Of a DNA stretch of 64,000 nucleotides, positions 46,599 through 57,082 are shown in pieces. Positions within the stretch are counted from its first letter, which is position 1. Each line of letters begins with the position of its first letter. The notes below the pieces were generated by a model. It was not told where the DNA came from and ran no database searches. It saw only the letters and a list, made by a program, of their open reading frames with translations. The translations under genes and the position numbers were made by a program. This stretch comes from Actinomycetota bacterium (GTDB lineage Bacteria; Actinomycetota; Actinomycetes; Nanopelagicales; Nanopelagicaceae): assembly GCA_016870365.1 (NCBI GenBank), contig VGBW01000007.1:1317-65316 (forward strand). The letters run 5' to 3'.

Positions 46599-48434
46599 GT
46601 GTCTGGAAGAATTCGTGATGCGGATGTTAGCTATGTTCGCGATCGCTCCCCCATTGATGAAGTTGTGGGGGAATATGTTCAACTAAAGAGCGCCGGTGGG
46701 GGACAGAAGAAAGGCCTATGTCCTTTCCATGATGAAAAAACTCCCTCCTTTCATGTCACTCCCGCTCGTGGCTATTTTCATTGCTTTGGCTGCCAGGAAG
46801 GCGGGGATGTGATTGCCTTTGTGATGAAGATTGATCATTTGAGTTTTATCGAGACTATTGAAAGATTGGCGGCGAGAATTGGCTATCAATTGACTTATGA
46901 ACAAAGCAGCGGCGGTCCAAGAGTTTCTGCAGGTCAGCGCTCTAGGCTTATTGAAGCCAATAACCAGGCAGCGCTTTTTTATCAAGAGCAGCTACAACTT
47001 CCCACCGCGAGCCATGCTAGAGATCTGTTAATGAAACGAGGCTTTGATAAACCTGCCAGCCAATCATTTGAGATTGGTTATGCTCCAGATCAATGGGATG
47101 CTTTAGGTAAGTATCTCCTGGGAAAAGGATTCAGCGCAGAGGAATTGCATCAAGCTGGACTCACAAAGGAGGGCACCAAAGGAGCTATCGATCGCTTCCG
47201 CAATCGCCTGATCTGGCCTATCCGAGATATAACCGGGGACCTAGTTGGTTTCGGCGCAAGAAAACTAGCCAGTGAGGAGGAAGATGCCGGGCCTAAGTAT
47301 CTAAATACCCCGGAGACGTATATTTATAAAAAGAGCCAGGTCCTCTATGGACTTGATAGGGCAAAGAAGGAGATAGCAAAGAAGCGCCAGGTCGTTATAG
47401 TGGAGGGCTATACCGATGTTATGGCCGCACACCTTGCAGGAATTCCTACAGCTGTTGCCACCTGCGGAACGGCCTTTGGTGATGAACATGTAAGGATCTT
47501 GCGCCGACTATTGATGGATGATGATGCCTTCCGAGGAGAAGTGATCTTTACCTTCGACGGCGATGCTGCAGGCCAGAAGGCAGCCCTTCGTGCCTTTGGT
47601 GCTGATCAGAAATTTGTCACCCAAACCTTCGTTGCCGTTGAGCCAACCGGTTTAGACCCATCTGATCTAAGACAGCGGATGGGAGATGCCGCCCTTCGAG
47701 ACCTCATTGCAAGGCGGGTGCCACTTTTTGAGTTTGCAATCAAGAGCTCTATAAAGCAATTTGACCTAGCAAATGCCGATGGCAGAGTCAAAGCATTAAA
47801 TGCTACTGCTCCACTCATTGGAAAGATTCGCGACGCTTCCCTGCGGCCCGAATATGCGAGATCTCTAGCGGGGTGGCTTGGGATGGAGGTTGAAGTTGTG
47901 TTAGCTGCCGTCAAGAAGAATACTTCAAATTATTCAAAGAGCAGCTCTACCGCTCAGGCCAGTGATCAATGGCGACCAGATCCAAGTGAACCAAGACTTA
48001 TCTTGGAAAGGGAAGTTCTTAAGGTTCGCTTGCAGATGCCAGCCCTTGTTAGGAATTGGCCATCTCTTGAGAAAAATGCCTTCTCCCATCCTGCCTATAT
48101 CAGGCTTAGAGAATTCATCGATACCCAAGAAGATCTAATGGCAGTTAATCTAGAGGCAACAGGATCTGATGAACTCAATTCATTTATCACCGAGTTGATG
48201 GTCGAGCCAATTCGCATCGATGGTGAAATCTCAGATCGCTATGTTTCAAGTATCACTGCAAGGTTGAATGAGGTAGCCCTTGCTAGGTCTATCGCTGAAG
48301 TAAAGTCAAGCCTTCAGCGGCTAAATCCTGTGGAGAGTGAGAGTCAGTACAACCAGATGTTTTCAGAGCTAGTTGAGATGGAGGCAAAGAGGCGAGCCCT
48401 GCGGGAATTGGCCTTGGGGGAGGCTCTGACCTAG
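46599..48434 (+). CDS. dnaG: DNA primase
   Basis: GTG at 46599, 8 nt after AGGA. Zn finger CPFHDEKTPSFHV...HCFGC and TOPRIM motif VIVEGYTDV. Confidence 0.93.
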   Translation: MSGRIRDADVSYVRDRSPIDEVVGEYVQLKSAGGGQKKGLCPFHDEKTPSFHVTPARGYFHCFGCQEGGDVIAFVMKIDHLSFIETIERLAARIGYQLTYEQSSGGPRVSAGQRSRLIEANNQAALFYQEQLQLPTASHARDLLMKRGFDKPASQSFEIGYAPDQWDALGKYLLGKGFSAEELHQAGLTKEGTKGAIDRFRNRLIWPIRDITGDLVGFGARKLASEEEDAGPKYLNTPETYIYKKSQVLYGLDRAKKEIAKKRQVVIVEGYTDVMAAHLAGIPTAVATCGTAFGDEHVRILRRLLMDDDAFRGEVIFTFDGDAAGQKAALRAFGADQKFVTQTFVAVEPTGLDPSDLRQRMGDAALRDLIARRVPLFEFAIKSSIKQFDLANADGRVKALNATAPLIGKIRDASLRPEYARSLAGWLGMEVEVVLAAVKKNTSNYSKSSSTAQASDQWRPDPSEPRLILEREVLKVRLQMPALVRNWPSLEKNAFSHPAYIRLREFIDTQEDLMAVNLEATGSDELNSFITELMVEPIRIDGEISDRYVSSITARLNEVALARSIAEVKSSLQRLNPVESESQYNQMFSELVEMEAKRRALRELALGEALT

Positions 48435-48451
48435 ATTTAGCCGCTTAGCGA

Positions 48452-48524
48452 TCCCTGATAGCTCAATTGGCAGAGCAGCCGGCTGTTAACCGGCAGGTTC
48501 TTGGTTCGAGTCCAAGTCAGGGAG
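48452..48524 (+). tRNA. tRNA-Asn (anticodon GTT)
   Basis: A manual cloverleaf fits: acceptor TCCCTGA/TCAGGGA, D stem GCTC/GAGC, anticodon stem GCCGG/CCGGC with loop CTGTTAA, and T arm CTTGG-TTCGAGT-CCAAG. It is 73 nt and CCA is not encoded. Confidence 0.93.
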
Positions 48525-48546
48525 CTTTTCATTTAGACTCTCCTCT

Positions 48547-48786
48547 ATGGCAATGGTCCGAATACGTGTGGCACTTCCTGATCGCCCTGGCTCCCTTGGC
48601 GCTGTGGCATCTGCAATTGGTTTTGCTGGCGGAGATATTCGCGGTCTAGTCGTACTCTCCTCCGAAGGTGGACGAGGAATAGATGACATCACCGTGGCAT
48701 TTCCAGGAAGTGATCCCCAAGATCTAGTAAATGTGCTAAGCGCAATTGGTGGCGTGGAAGTCATCTCGATAACCCCAGTGATTTAA
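48547..48786 (+). CDS. ACT-domain protein (79 aa)
   Basis: VRIRVALPDRPGSLGAVASAIG..GGDI is typical of an ACT fold start. Confidence 0.7.
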   Translation: MAMVRIRVALPDRPGSLGAVASAIGFAGGDIRGLVVLSSEGGRGIDDITVAFPGSDPQDLVNVLSAIGGVEVISITPVI

Positions 48787-49910
48787 GAAATAACTTTAGC
48801 TCCATCGCTGGGTAGTGAATCAAAGAACCTTGGCGCTTTGAACCCTTTCCCTGCAAAGGCCCTCTCGATTGCCAGAGAGATAGCTCCCGCATCACCCTCG
48901 TTAATCAAGGCAATAGCACTTCCTCCAAAGCCACCGCCAACCATTCTGGCGCCCAGTGCTCCGCCCTTAAGTGCGGTGGTAACTGCAAGATCTAATTCAG
49001 GGCATGAGACTTCATAATCATCGCGTAGTGAGTCATGGGATCTATTTAGTAATTGCCCAAGTGCACCAAAGTCTTTGCCTTCAAGCACCTCTACCGCTTC
49101 CAATACCCGAGCCATTTCACTTACTCCATGGCGGGCTCGCTTGAATTCAATGTCACTTAGCTTGGATTTATGGGCCAATAGGTTCACCATACTTAGTTGG
49201 CGAAGTGAGGGAATTGAAAAGATCTTGGCCACCTGCTCACAACTCTGGCGCCTTTTGGCATAGCCGCCATCGCTTAGAGCGTGATGAACTTGGGTATCAA
49301 TTATTAAGAGCTTCAAATTCTGCGCGGCAAAATCAATCTTTACATGTCTAGTCGAAAGGTCCTGACAATCAAGCAATAGGCCATAACCAGCTCTGCCCAT
49401 CAGCGAAATCGATTGATCCATGATTCCACAAGGCACTCCGACATAATCGTTTTCAGCCCTCTGTGCCAGGCGAGCTAACTCCACTGGGGATCTTTCTAGA
49501 TGAAATAAATGGTCCAGCGCAGTAGCAAGTGAGCACTCAAGGGCGGCCGAGGAGGATAGTCCAGCGCCAAGCGGAACTCTTCCATCAACATGGATATCAA
49601 GGCCAGAATCTATTTCCATCGCCCAGATAACGCCGTAGACATATTTTGACCAAGCAGAGCCTTGCTTAACTGCAATATTTCCTAGGTTACTTTCAATGAT
49701 CTCATTCTCTTTCTGGGCAGAGATGATCCTTATTCTCCTATCGCTTCTCACCGCGATTGCACATTTAGTCACTGCATCGATAGCGAAGGGAAGGACATAG
49801 CCTTGGCTGTAATCAATGTGTTCTCCGATTAGATTAACTCGCCCTGGGGCACTTGCTATTACCTCAGGTCGATAGCCAAAGCTTCTGGTAAATAGCTCTT
49901 TAATATCCAC
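48783..49910 (-). CDS. galK: Galactokinase
   Basis: APGRVNLIGEHIDYSQGYVLPFAI, GAGLSSSAALE and GGGFGGS. Confidence 0.92.
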   Translation of the reverse strand: MDIKELFTRSFGYRPEVIASAPGRVNLIGEHIDYSQGYVLPFAIDAVTKCAIAVRSDRRIRIISAQKENEIIESNLGNIAVKQGSAWSKYVYGVIWAMEIDSGLDIHVDGRVPLGAGLSSSAALECSLATALDHLFHLERSPVELARLAQRAENDYVGVPCGIMDQSISLMGRAGYGLLLDCQDLSTRHVKIDFAAQNLKLLIIDTQVHHALSDGGYAKRRQSCEQVAKIFSIPSLRQLSMVNLLAHKSKLSDIEFKRARHGVSEMARVLEAVEVLEGKDFGALGQLLNRSHDSLRDDYEVSCPELDLAVTTALKGGALGARMVGGGFGGSAIALINEGDAGAISLAIERAFAGKGFKAPRFFDSLPSDGAKVIS

Positions 49911-49913
49911 TAT

Positions 49914-51023
49914 CTATAGCGCGACATCGCGTAGCTGCTGAGCTGATTGCTCAGGCCTTAGATCCATCATGAATGCACCAAATGCTGATTCAGACCCTGC
50001 CAAGTACTTCAATTTTCCTGGCGCTCTTCTTACTGAGGCAATCTGCCAATGCAATCTAAGTAGATCTCGGCCCGTTCTAGTCGGTGCTTGATGCCAAGAG
50101 GCGATGTAAGGCATTCTGACTCCAAATACTGAATCAAGTCTTAGCAACACCTCTTTAGCAATTGGAGCAAATGCATCTGATGTTGACTCATCTAGCGCGA
50201 GAAAATCAGGAACGCTTCTTCTTGGAGCTAGATGGATCTCAAAGGGGTATCTTGCGGCATATGGCACATAGGCAACCCATTCATCGTTTTCGGTGACAAT
50301 ACGGGCCTTATCGGATAACTCTCGAGATAAGATGTCGTCAAGGAGAATATTTCCAGTCTTGTCTTTATGTGCTCTGGCAACTTCAAGCATCTTCTCAGTT
50401 CTTGGTGGCAGATATGAGTAGGCATATATCTGACCATGTGGATGATTGAGGGTTACTCCAACTTCCTCGCCACGGTTTTCAAAGGCTGCGACATATTCAA
50501 TATAAAGAAGCTTCGAAAGCTCTGCGGTGCGATCACGCCATGCCTCAAGAACTGTTCTTATCTGTCGATGAGAGAGATCTTTAAATGAGGCTTCGTAGTC
50601 TGAAGTAAAACAGATCACTTCACACTTGCCGGCAGAGGCAATGGCTGGGCTGGAAAAATCTGGATGACCGATAACTCTAAATCCTGATGCTGGGGCAGCA
50701 AGCGCTGGTGACCGATTATCAAAGACCACCACTTCATAATCACTTTCTGGAATTTCGGTAAGAGCGCCTGGCCTACTAGGCGCGAGAGGATTTGACTCCT
50801 TTGGTGGTAGAAATACTCTTCCCTGACGGTGGTCTGCAATCACTACCCATTCATTATTGAGTGGATCAAGGCGCATCTCACCAATTACCGGTTGCTCTTC
50901 AGCGCCTCTTTGATCTACTGCGGTGCGAGATTGGCCCTTAGTGTCGTAGTAGCGGATTACCCGCCCATCCATGAGCGTGGCATCACTTCGAATAACGCCT
51001 GCTGGGAGTTTCTTACTCGACAT
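49914..51023 (-). CDS. galT: Galactose-1-phosphate uridylyltransferase
   Basis: HIT-type active site NHPHGQIYAY. 369 aa, immediately upstream of galK. Confidence 0.9.
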   Translation of the reverse strand: MSSKKLPAGVIRSDATLMDGRVIRYYDTKGQSRTAVDQRGAEEQPVIGEMRLDPLNNEWVVIADHRQGRVFLPPKESNPLAPSRPGALTEIPESDYEVVVFDNRSPALAAPASGFRVIGHPDFSSPAIASAGKCEVICFTSDYEASFKDLSHRQIRTVLEAWRDRTAELSKLLYIEYVAAFENRGEEVGVTLNHPHGQIYAYSYLPPRTEKMLEVARAHKDKTGNILLDDILSRELSDKARIVTENDEWVAYVPYAARYPFEIHLAPRRSVPDFLALDESTSDAFAPIAKEVLLRLDSVFGVRMPYIASWHQAPTRTGRDLLRLHWQIASVRRAPGKLKYLAGSESAFGAFMMDLRPEQSAQQLRDVAL

Positions 51024-51067
51024 AATGGCTATTACTCTACCTGTATGTCTTCTCTAAGACCTTTATC

Positions 51068-51764
51068 TATGCCAGGGCCAAGGGCGCACTCAAGCAATGG
51101 TGGCGTTGATCTACTCCTTGAGGTTGTAGAAGGCGCACCGGTAATTAGATATTAGGGAGCAAGCTTTAAGGGCGAGGCCAGCGAGCTTCTTTTTGATCGC
51201 TCCATTGCTAATAGTGATTTTGATCAAGTTACCAGCCCCGGGATGATGCGCGAGCACTCAAGAGGGCATCGATTGTCAGGCTGGTAGAGAAGTCTGGCCA
51301 AACGCTCTGGCAGGGAATGCTAATTACGTGAGAGAAATAAGGAATGGAATTTTCTCTCTGGTTTGAAGGGGAGATGGTCAATCCTGATTCAGACCTCTAT
51401 CGCGCCCATCCACGAGCTTCTCCATAGCGGTGAAGTGATACGAATTGATTATCCAAACAACTCTTACTATCTCCACGGCGTTGTTGCTAACGACGAAAAG
51501 TCGGCTCTATTTTCCTCTGTCTGTCTTGAAACAATTCCAGAGTCTCATCCACCGCGCCTTCATATAAGAGGTCCCCAGGCCGATCGCAAACACAAAGTTG
51601 AGGTATTGGGTAAAATTCATAGCTCTAACTTCATGGCAATAGAGCCGCCAAAGTGGCTAAGCCAAGGCTTTGAGCTAACTGGTTCAGCTCTTGAAAATAT
51701 TGGTCTTAGCGCGCCAATCTTGCGCCCGGCATCAGCTCCTTTGTTTGAGATAACTGCGGTTTAA
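51068..51764 (+). pseudogene. Decayed GH36 alpha-galactosidase
   Basis: Fragments follow family order but sit in different frames with stops: GGVDLLLEVVEGAPVIRY(stop)GAS (N-terminal), REVWPNALAGNANYV, MEFSLWFEGEMVNPDSDLYRAHP (catalytic-domain motif FGLW.EPEMVNPDSDLYR.HP), then the C-terminal beta-domain ORF 51363-51764. About 0.7 kb remains of an expected length above 2 kb. Confidence 0.6.
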
Positions 51765-53260
51765 TCTAGCCAATTAAGAGTTCTTTCAATTGCTTTCTTC
51801 CAATTCTTAAATCCTGTAGTTGCCAGTGCGCTAGCTTTATCCGGCTTAAAGCGTTTATCTTCCTGCCACTTAGCTTTCAGCTCGCTGGTGTCTTCATAAA
51901 AGCCGGTAGCAAGACCTGCTGCATAGGCAGCACCCAGGGCAGTAGTTTCAATAATCATGGGTCGAATTACTTCAACTCCCATGATGTCTGCCTGCATTTG
52001 CATACATAGTTCATTAGCGGTAATACCGCCATCTACTCTAATTTCAGTAAGTGCTACCTCGCTATCGGCGCTCATTGCATCTAAGACATCACGTGTTTGA
52101 TAACAGATAGCTTCAAGAGCGGCTCTTGCTAGGTGGGCTTTAGTAGCTGCTCTACTCAATCCCACAATTACCCCTCTGGCATCACTTCGCCAATGAGGGG
52201 CAAAGAGCCCAGAGAAAGCTGGAACAAAATAAACTCCACCATTGTCGCTGACGCTCTTTGCTAGCTGCTCAACTTGGGGAGCTGAGGCAATAATGCCTAA
52301 TTGATCCCTTAGCCACTGAATCGCAGATCCAGTAACAGCAACAGATCCTTCAAGCGCATAGCGCGCTCTATCTTCACCAAATTTGTAGCAGAGGGTGGTC
52401 AAGAGGCCATGTTGGGAACGAACAATTTCAGTACCCGTATTTAGTAGCGCAAAGTTTCCTGTTCCATAGGTAGTTTTTGATTCTCCCAGTTCAAAACAAG
52501 TCTGCCCCACCATAGCTGCCTGTTGATCTCCAAGAATTCCAGAGATGGGAACCGCGCTTAGTAGTGGGCCAGTTGTGTCACTATGGCCATAGACCTGCGA
52601 GGATGATTTGATAGCTGGAAGAATCTGGCGAGGAACATCAAAAATCTCTAGAAGTTCACTATCCCAATCAAGGCTCTCAAGATTCATAAGCAGAGTCCTG
52701 CTGGCATTGGTCACATCGGTGTAGTGGACTCCGCCATTCACCCCACCGGTTAGATTCCATAGGAGCCAGGAATCAATAGTTCCTGCCAGGGCACGATCTT
52801 CATCTATAGCTGATGCGATTGCCGGGACGTTTTTGATTAGCCAATTGACTTTGCCAGCTGAGAAGTAGGGGGCGATAGCAAGGCCAGTTTTATAGATGAT
52901 CTTCTCTTTAACCTGCTGGCTTAGGGCATTTAGAAACTCTGCAGTCCTGGTGTCTTGCCAGACTATGGCGTTATGAAGTGGGAGCCCTGTGTTTCTGTCC
53001 CAGATCAAAGTCGTCTCTCTCTGATTGGTTATTCCTATGGAGTTCAAATCTGAGCCTTTGATGCCCGCCTTCTTTAACGCACCAGTAATAACGCTCTGGC
53101 TAGCTAGCCAGATCTCACTGCCATCATGTTCGACCCATCCTGCCTTGGGAAGAATTTGGGAGTGCTCTAATTGTTCTTGCCCAACAATCTGACCAGTTTG
53201 GCTAAAGATTATGAAACGAGTACTCGAGGTTCCCTGATCGAGAGCGCCGATATAGCCCAT
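51761..53260 (-). CDS. glpK: Glycerol kinase
   Basis: [26 protein letters not shown] and GGG...N motifs. The ATG at 53260 follows AGGA by 8 nt. Confidence 0.93.
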   Translation of the reverse strand: MGYIGALDQGTSSTRFIIFSQTGQIVGQEQLEHSQILPKAGWVEHDGSEIWLASQSVITGALKKAGIKGSDLNSIGITNQRETTLIWDRNTGLPLHNAIVWQDTRTAEFLNALSQQVKEKIIYKTGLAIAPYFSAGKVNWLIKNVPAIASAIDEDRALAGTIDSWLLWNLTGGVNGGVHYTDVTNASRTLLMNLESLDWDSELLEIFDVPRQILPAIKSSSQVYGHSDTTGPLLSAVPISGILGDQQAAMVGQTCFELGESKTTYGTGNFALLNTGTEIVRSQHGLLTTLCYKFGEDRARYALEGSVAVTGSAIQWLRDQLGIIASAPQVEQLAKSVSDNGGVYFVPAFSGLFAPHWRSDARGVIVGLSRAATKAHLARAALEAICYQTRDVLDAMSADSEVALTEIRVDGGITANELCMQMQADIMGVEVIRPMIIETTALGAAYAAGLATGFYEDTSELKAKWQEDKRFKPDKASALATTGFKNWKKAIERTLNWLD

Positions 53261-53279
53261 AGCCCGTATCCTAAGGTGC

Positions 53280-54956
53280 GTGTCCATATCTAATTCCAGC
53301 CTAAATTCCGCCACTCGAAGCTCTGCTATAAAAGACTTAGGCGAGAGTGAATTTGATGTTCTGGTAATTGGTGGCGGAATAAACGGCGTGGGAATAGCAC
53401 TTGATGCCGCATCACGCGGGTTGAGTGTGGCTTTAGTTGAAAGTGGGGATTTTGCCTCAGGAACATCATCAAGATCCTCAAAGTTAATTCACGGTGGTCT
53501 TAGATATCTAGAGCAGTATGACTTTCGCCTCGTCAGAGAGGCTCTTCATGAGCGCGAGTTGATGGTCACAACCCTTTCGCCTCACTTAGTAAAGCCAGTT
53601 CCTTTTCTCTATCCACTCCATGAGAAAATAGTTGAAAGAACTTATGTAGGAGCTGGGATGGCCCTCTATGATGCTCTTCGAGGATTTAAGCGCGCCCTTC
53701 CTTGGCATAAGCATTTAACCCAGAAGAAGGTGAGTGAAATTGCTCCATCACTTCGCCTAGATGTGATCACTGGAGGATTTCAATACTTTGATGCTCAGGT
53801 AGATGATGCCAGACACACCATGAGCATTGCTAGAACAGCTGCGAAATATGGAGCTGTTATTGCAACTAGAACAAGATGTGAAGAAGTAATCAAAAGTGGC
53901 AAGCGAGTAATTGGCGTAAAGATAAGAGATTTGATAAGTGATGAGGTAATTGAAGTTCGTGCCAAGGCAACGATCATGGCGTCGGGGGTTTGGAGCGATC
54001 AGCTCCATGAAAAGTTTGGAATGAAGGCTGGATATAGCGTTCGTATGTCAAAGGGCTCTCATATTGTGGTGCCAAAGAGTGCGATTAATTCGCAAAGCGG
54101 AGTCATCATCAAGACTGATGCCTCAGTGCTCTTTATTATCCCGTGGGGCGAGCAATGGATAGTTGGAACTACTGATACCGATTATCAAGAGAGCAAAGAG
54201 GAGCCGCTAGCTAGCAGTGATGATGTTGCATACATTATTGATCAATCAAATCGAGTGCTGGAGCCCAAGCTGCGGCGTGATCAGGTTATCGGCGCCTTTG
54301 CTGGTCTTCGCGCACTTGTCTTAACCGATCCTGATTCACCAACGACAAAGTTATCTAGAGAATATGTCGTAGATAGCCCAGCGCCAGGTTTTGTTTCAAT
54401 TGCAGGAGGAAAATACACCACCTATCGGGTGATGGCAGAGGAGGCCGTTGATGAGGCGGTAAATCACTTGAGAAGAATTGTCCCTGACTCAACTACTGAG
54501 GATTTGGCAATAATTGGGGCTGAAGGTTATTCAGTCTTGATTAATCAAATTCCAAGACTTGCAAACCAGCATGGCCTTGATCAGGCCAGAGTTAGGCATC
54601 TGCTTGATAGATATGGATCGCTAATCGATGAAGTTCTAGCTCCAGCCAAAGAGGATTCGACTCTGCTTGAGCCCTTGATTGACGGCTTGCTCTACATCAA
54701 GGCTGAAGCGTTATATGCCATAACCCATGAGGCAGCCTTTTGTATTGATGATCTACTTTCAAGAAGAACTCGTATTGCGTTTGAGGCTAGTGATTCTGGG
54801 TTGAGCATCACTGGATATCTTGGTGAGTTACTTGAAAGACATCTAGGTCTCAATAAGGCAGAGGTTGGCAAGTCCATCGCTGAGTACGAGCGGATTATCC
54901 AGCGCCAGAAGAAGAATTTGGAGAGAGCGACTAAGATGGAGAGTAAGGTAGGTTAG
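53280..54956 (+). CDS. glpD: FAD-dependent glycerol-3-phosphate dehydrogenase
   Basis: [39 protein letters not shown]. The GTG at 53280 is the only canonical start upstream of the FAD motif. Confidence 0.9.
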   Translation: MSISNSSLNSATRSSAIKDLGESEFDVLVIGGGINGVGIALDAASRGLSVALVESGDFASGTSSRSSKLIHGGLRYLEQYDFRLVREALHERELMVTTLSPHLVKPVPFLYPLHEKIVERTYVGAGMALYDALRGFKRALPWHKHLTQKKVSEIAPSLRLDVITGGFQYFDAQVDDARHTMSIARTAAKYGAVIATRTRCEEVIKSGKRVIGVKIRDLISDEVIEVRAKATIMASGVWSDQLHEKFGMKAGYSVRMSKGSHIVVPKSAINSQSGVIIKTDASVLFIIPWGEQWIVGTTDTDYQESKEEPLASSDDVAYIIDQSNRVLEPKLRRDQVIGAFAGLRALVLTDPDSPTTKLSREYVVDSPAPGFVSIAGGKYTTYRVMAEEAVDEAVNHLRRIVPDSTTEDLAIIGAEGYSVLINQIPRLANQHGLDQARVRHLLDRYGSLIDEVLAPAKEDSTLLEPLIDGLLYIKAEALYAITHEAAFCIDDLLSRRTRIAFEASDSGLSITGYLGELLERHLGLNKAEVGKSIAEYERIIQRQKKNLERATKMESKVG

Positions 54957-56569
54957 TTCTTGATTTGGTTCTTGCAAGAATCAAATGGCACTACCGACTT
55001 ACTTGGTTTTGGTGTTGGAGTAACTACTACTTCAGGTCCTTGGATCAAGTTAATCGATAGGTCCTGGCGGATCTCTGAATGTGTTTCAGTTTGATCAACG
55101 TAGGCGATGTAGCCTTGGGTGAGCCCGGCAGGCAAGTTCCAAAGAGTTAAAGTCCAGATCCCCGCCCTATCTCGCACTGGGCTCTGCTCCACTTTAACCA
55201 CCGGGCCGCCTCCTTCAACAGGGCTTCTTCTAAAGGCAACGGTGCCGGTGACCACTGGCTCTCCATTAGGGCGTTTGACCTCCACCTTAATCTTTACCGG
55301 CTTATCGGTGCTGGTGGCGCTAACGCTAGTAATAAGTAGCGTGGTGGGCTCCTTTACTGGTAGGTAATCTCCAACAGCTGGAGTCCAAATGCCCCTGGTT
55401 AGTTGCAGAAATGAAGCGCTATCTCCTCTAAATACATTTAGATCAATCCTTGGTGAGGCCACGCCATACTTCTCACCGATTCCGCATGATGAGTACTGCC
55501 AGATCTGCCAGAGTGAGGAGCAGTTGGCAGTCGACCAAGAGTGGACAAAGCAGCCAAATTCCTTCCTCCCCGGTTCGGCTATGGGATCTGCCGGATTAAT
55601 TCCATATTCGGCTTTCCATAAGGGATATTGACGAAGCTTCTCGCTTCTTGCCATCGCCTGTTCTAGGAATGTGGAATAGGAGTAGAGAAATGGCTTACGA
55701 CCAGTCTTTTCATACATCGTTTCAAGCCAGGTTTCGGCCCAGAGCGTGGTTACTGATTTTGGAGCATATCTACTACAACTTCCATTGGTGACTTGCACAC
55801 AGTTATATTCCAGATCAAGTGCGTAGGGCAGATCACGCTCGCTATATCCACCAAGGCTAGATAACCTCCAAAGAGCTTTTTGCGCTTGGGCTTGAGCATC
55901 AAGAATCACTGATGCCCTATCGGTGGTGTTAGGCAATATCGTGAAATGGTAGTAACCGGTATAGATCCCGGCTGCTTGGGCTGCATCTCTATCCATCAAG
56001 AGATACTTCAAAGCCAGGGCATCGGCATCATCTCTAGTATCTGAGGCCTTAATCATCACAAATCTAATCCCAGCGTCATACATCTTTACAAAGTCAATGG
56101 GTTTATCTTGCGGGTGCTGCCAACGACTTACATCGGTGCCATGGATCCGACCCCCAGGACCGCTAAGTGAGATCAATTCATCAGGGGAAGAGATCGCTGG
56201 GTTTTGCTCGATAACAATACTCTTTGTCTTTGTGATAAGTGTTTTTCCACCAATTATCACCTTAGCACGATATGTGGCTTTAGCAGCAAGCGCTGTAGCC
56301 CTTGCCTGAATCTTCCAGGCCCCACTGGGGGTTGATCTGGTTCTAAGACGGGTATCGCTCCAGGTGTTGCCAAGCTTTACATCAATCTTTACCACGGCAT
56401 TCTTGATCTTGGGCTTGATCACCCCGTGGAAAGTTACTTTGTAATCAGGAAAAGCTGGGGTCTGGGTTAGATTGAAGCTTGATGTTGTTGCCGCATGTGA
56501 AATGGGAGAACTTAAGTTGGCAAGAAGAGCCCAGATAAGAAGCAGGAGAGAAACGCGGCGAGGGTTCAC
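54953..56569 (-). CDS. Secreted GH25 muramidase (lysozyme) with flanking beta-rich domains
   Basis: It has a signal peptide (…ISHAATT) and the GH25 core GTDVSRWQHP..IDFVKMYDAGIRFVMIKASD. 538 aa. Confidence 0.85.
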   Translation of the reverse strand: MNPRRVSLLLLIWALLANLSSPISHAATTSSFNLTQTPAFPDYKVTFHGVIKPKIKNAVVKIDVKLGNTWSDTRLRTRSTPSGAWKIQARATALAAKATYRAKVIIGGKTLITKTKSIVIEQNPAISSPDELISLSGPGGRIHGTDVSRWQHPQDKPIDFVKMYDAGIRFVMIKASDTRDDADALALKYLLMDRDAAQAAGIYTGYYHFTILPNTTDRASVILDAQAQAQKALWRLSSLGGYSERDLPYALDLEYNCVQVTNGSCSRYAPKSVTTLWAETWLETMYEKTGRKPFLYSYSTFLEQAMARSEKLRQYPLWKAEYGINPADPIAEPGRKEFGCFVHSWSTANCSSLWQIWQYSSCGIGEKYGVASPRIDLNVFRGDSASFLQLTRGIWTPAVGDYLPVKEPTTLLITSVSATSTDKPVKIKVEVKRPNGEPVVTGTVAFRRSPVEGGGPVVKVEQSPVRDRAGIWTLTLWNLPAGLTQGYIAYVDQTETHSEIRQDLSINLIQGPEVVVTPTPKPSKSVVPFDSCKNQIKN

Positions 56570-56826
56570 TCGGTAATTATGGCGATACTGACTCCGTAAA
56601 CCTGTTTTATCGCACTTTCCAAGGCGTGGCGATGGGAGTCTTTTCTCGCCTGAGCATAATCATGCGCTCCACTTAATTTCTCAGCATCAATGAAGGAAAG
56701 TCTAAGCTCATTGTTATTTAGACTAACTAGTCGAGCATCAAAGAAAGCCAGCCACGCAATTCTGTTTTCACGCTCTAGAAGATCTAAGACCTCATTCCAT
56801 CGAGACCTAATATCTGCTAAATCCAT
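56566..56826 (-). CDS. Hypothetical 86-aa protein
   Basis: The ORF has 4-nt overlap with the GH25 gene start. The pattern W.EVL..L........W....DARLVSL.NNELRLSF....... ...AL..AI..VYGV reminds me of DnaX C-terminal/DciA-like small domains (unverified). Confidence 0.5.
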   Translation of the reverse strand: MDLADIRSRWNEVLDLLERENRIAWLAFFDARLVSLNNNELRLSFIDAEKLSGAHDYAQARKDSHRHALESAIKQVYGVSIAIITE

Positions 56827-56836
56827 AGTCTAGGCA

Positions 56837-57082
56837 CTAATTGATGATTGCAAAGATCATGGCTGCAATTGAGATGATCCAGGTAATAGTCTTGCCCGAT
56901 GATTTAGCAAGAAAAGCCTTGCCAAGATTCAAATACGTTAGGGCGAAGATGATTGCTCCCGTGCCTGAAATTAGTACCGTCTTTAGAGCAAGGTCTGCGG
57001 CTCCAGTCTGATAGCGCAGATTTATTAGACCTAGAGCAATTAGCGCGTATGCTAAATATCTAAAGTAAGAAAGTGGATTCAT
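56837..57082 (-). CDS. Small membrane protein (81 aa, 3 TM)
   Basis: Three hydrophobic helices. The start overlaps the stop of the ABC ATPase by 4 nt. Confidence 0.5.
   Translation of the reverse strand: MNPLSYFRYLAYALIALGLINLRYQTGAADLALKTVLISGTGAIIFALTYLNLGKAFLAKSSGKTITWIISIAAMIFAIIN

Noticed and set aside
48467-48764. ORFs overlapping tRNA-Asn and the ACT-domain gene (48467-48649 on the plus strand and 48486-48764 on the minus strand).
   Set aside because: They overlap a cleanly folding tRNA and an ACT-domain ORF with a typical N-terminal motif.
54953-57082. A prophage lysis-cassette remnant (small membrane 'holin' plus GH25 'endolysin').
   Set aside because: The muramidase has its own Sec signal peptide and extra domains. 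The small membrane protein lacks a charged holin tail and is translationally coupled to an ABC ATPase. No other phage genes are nearby.
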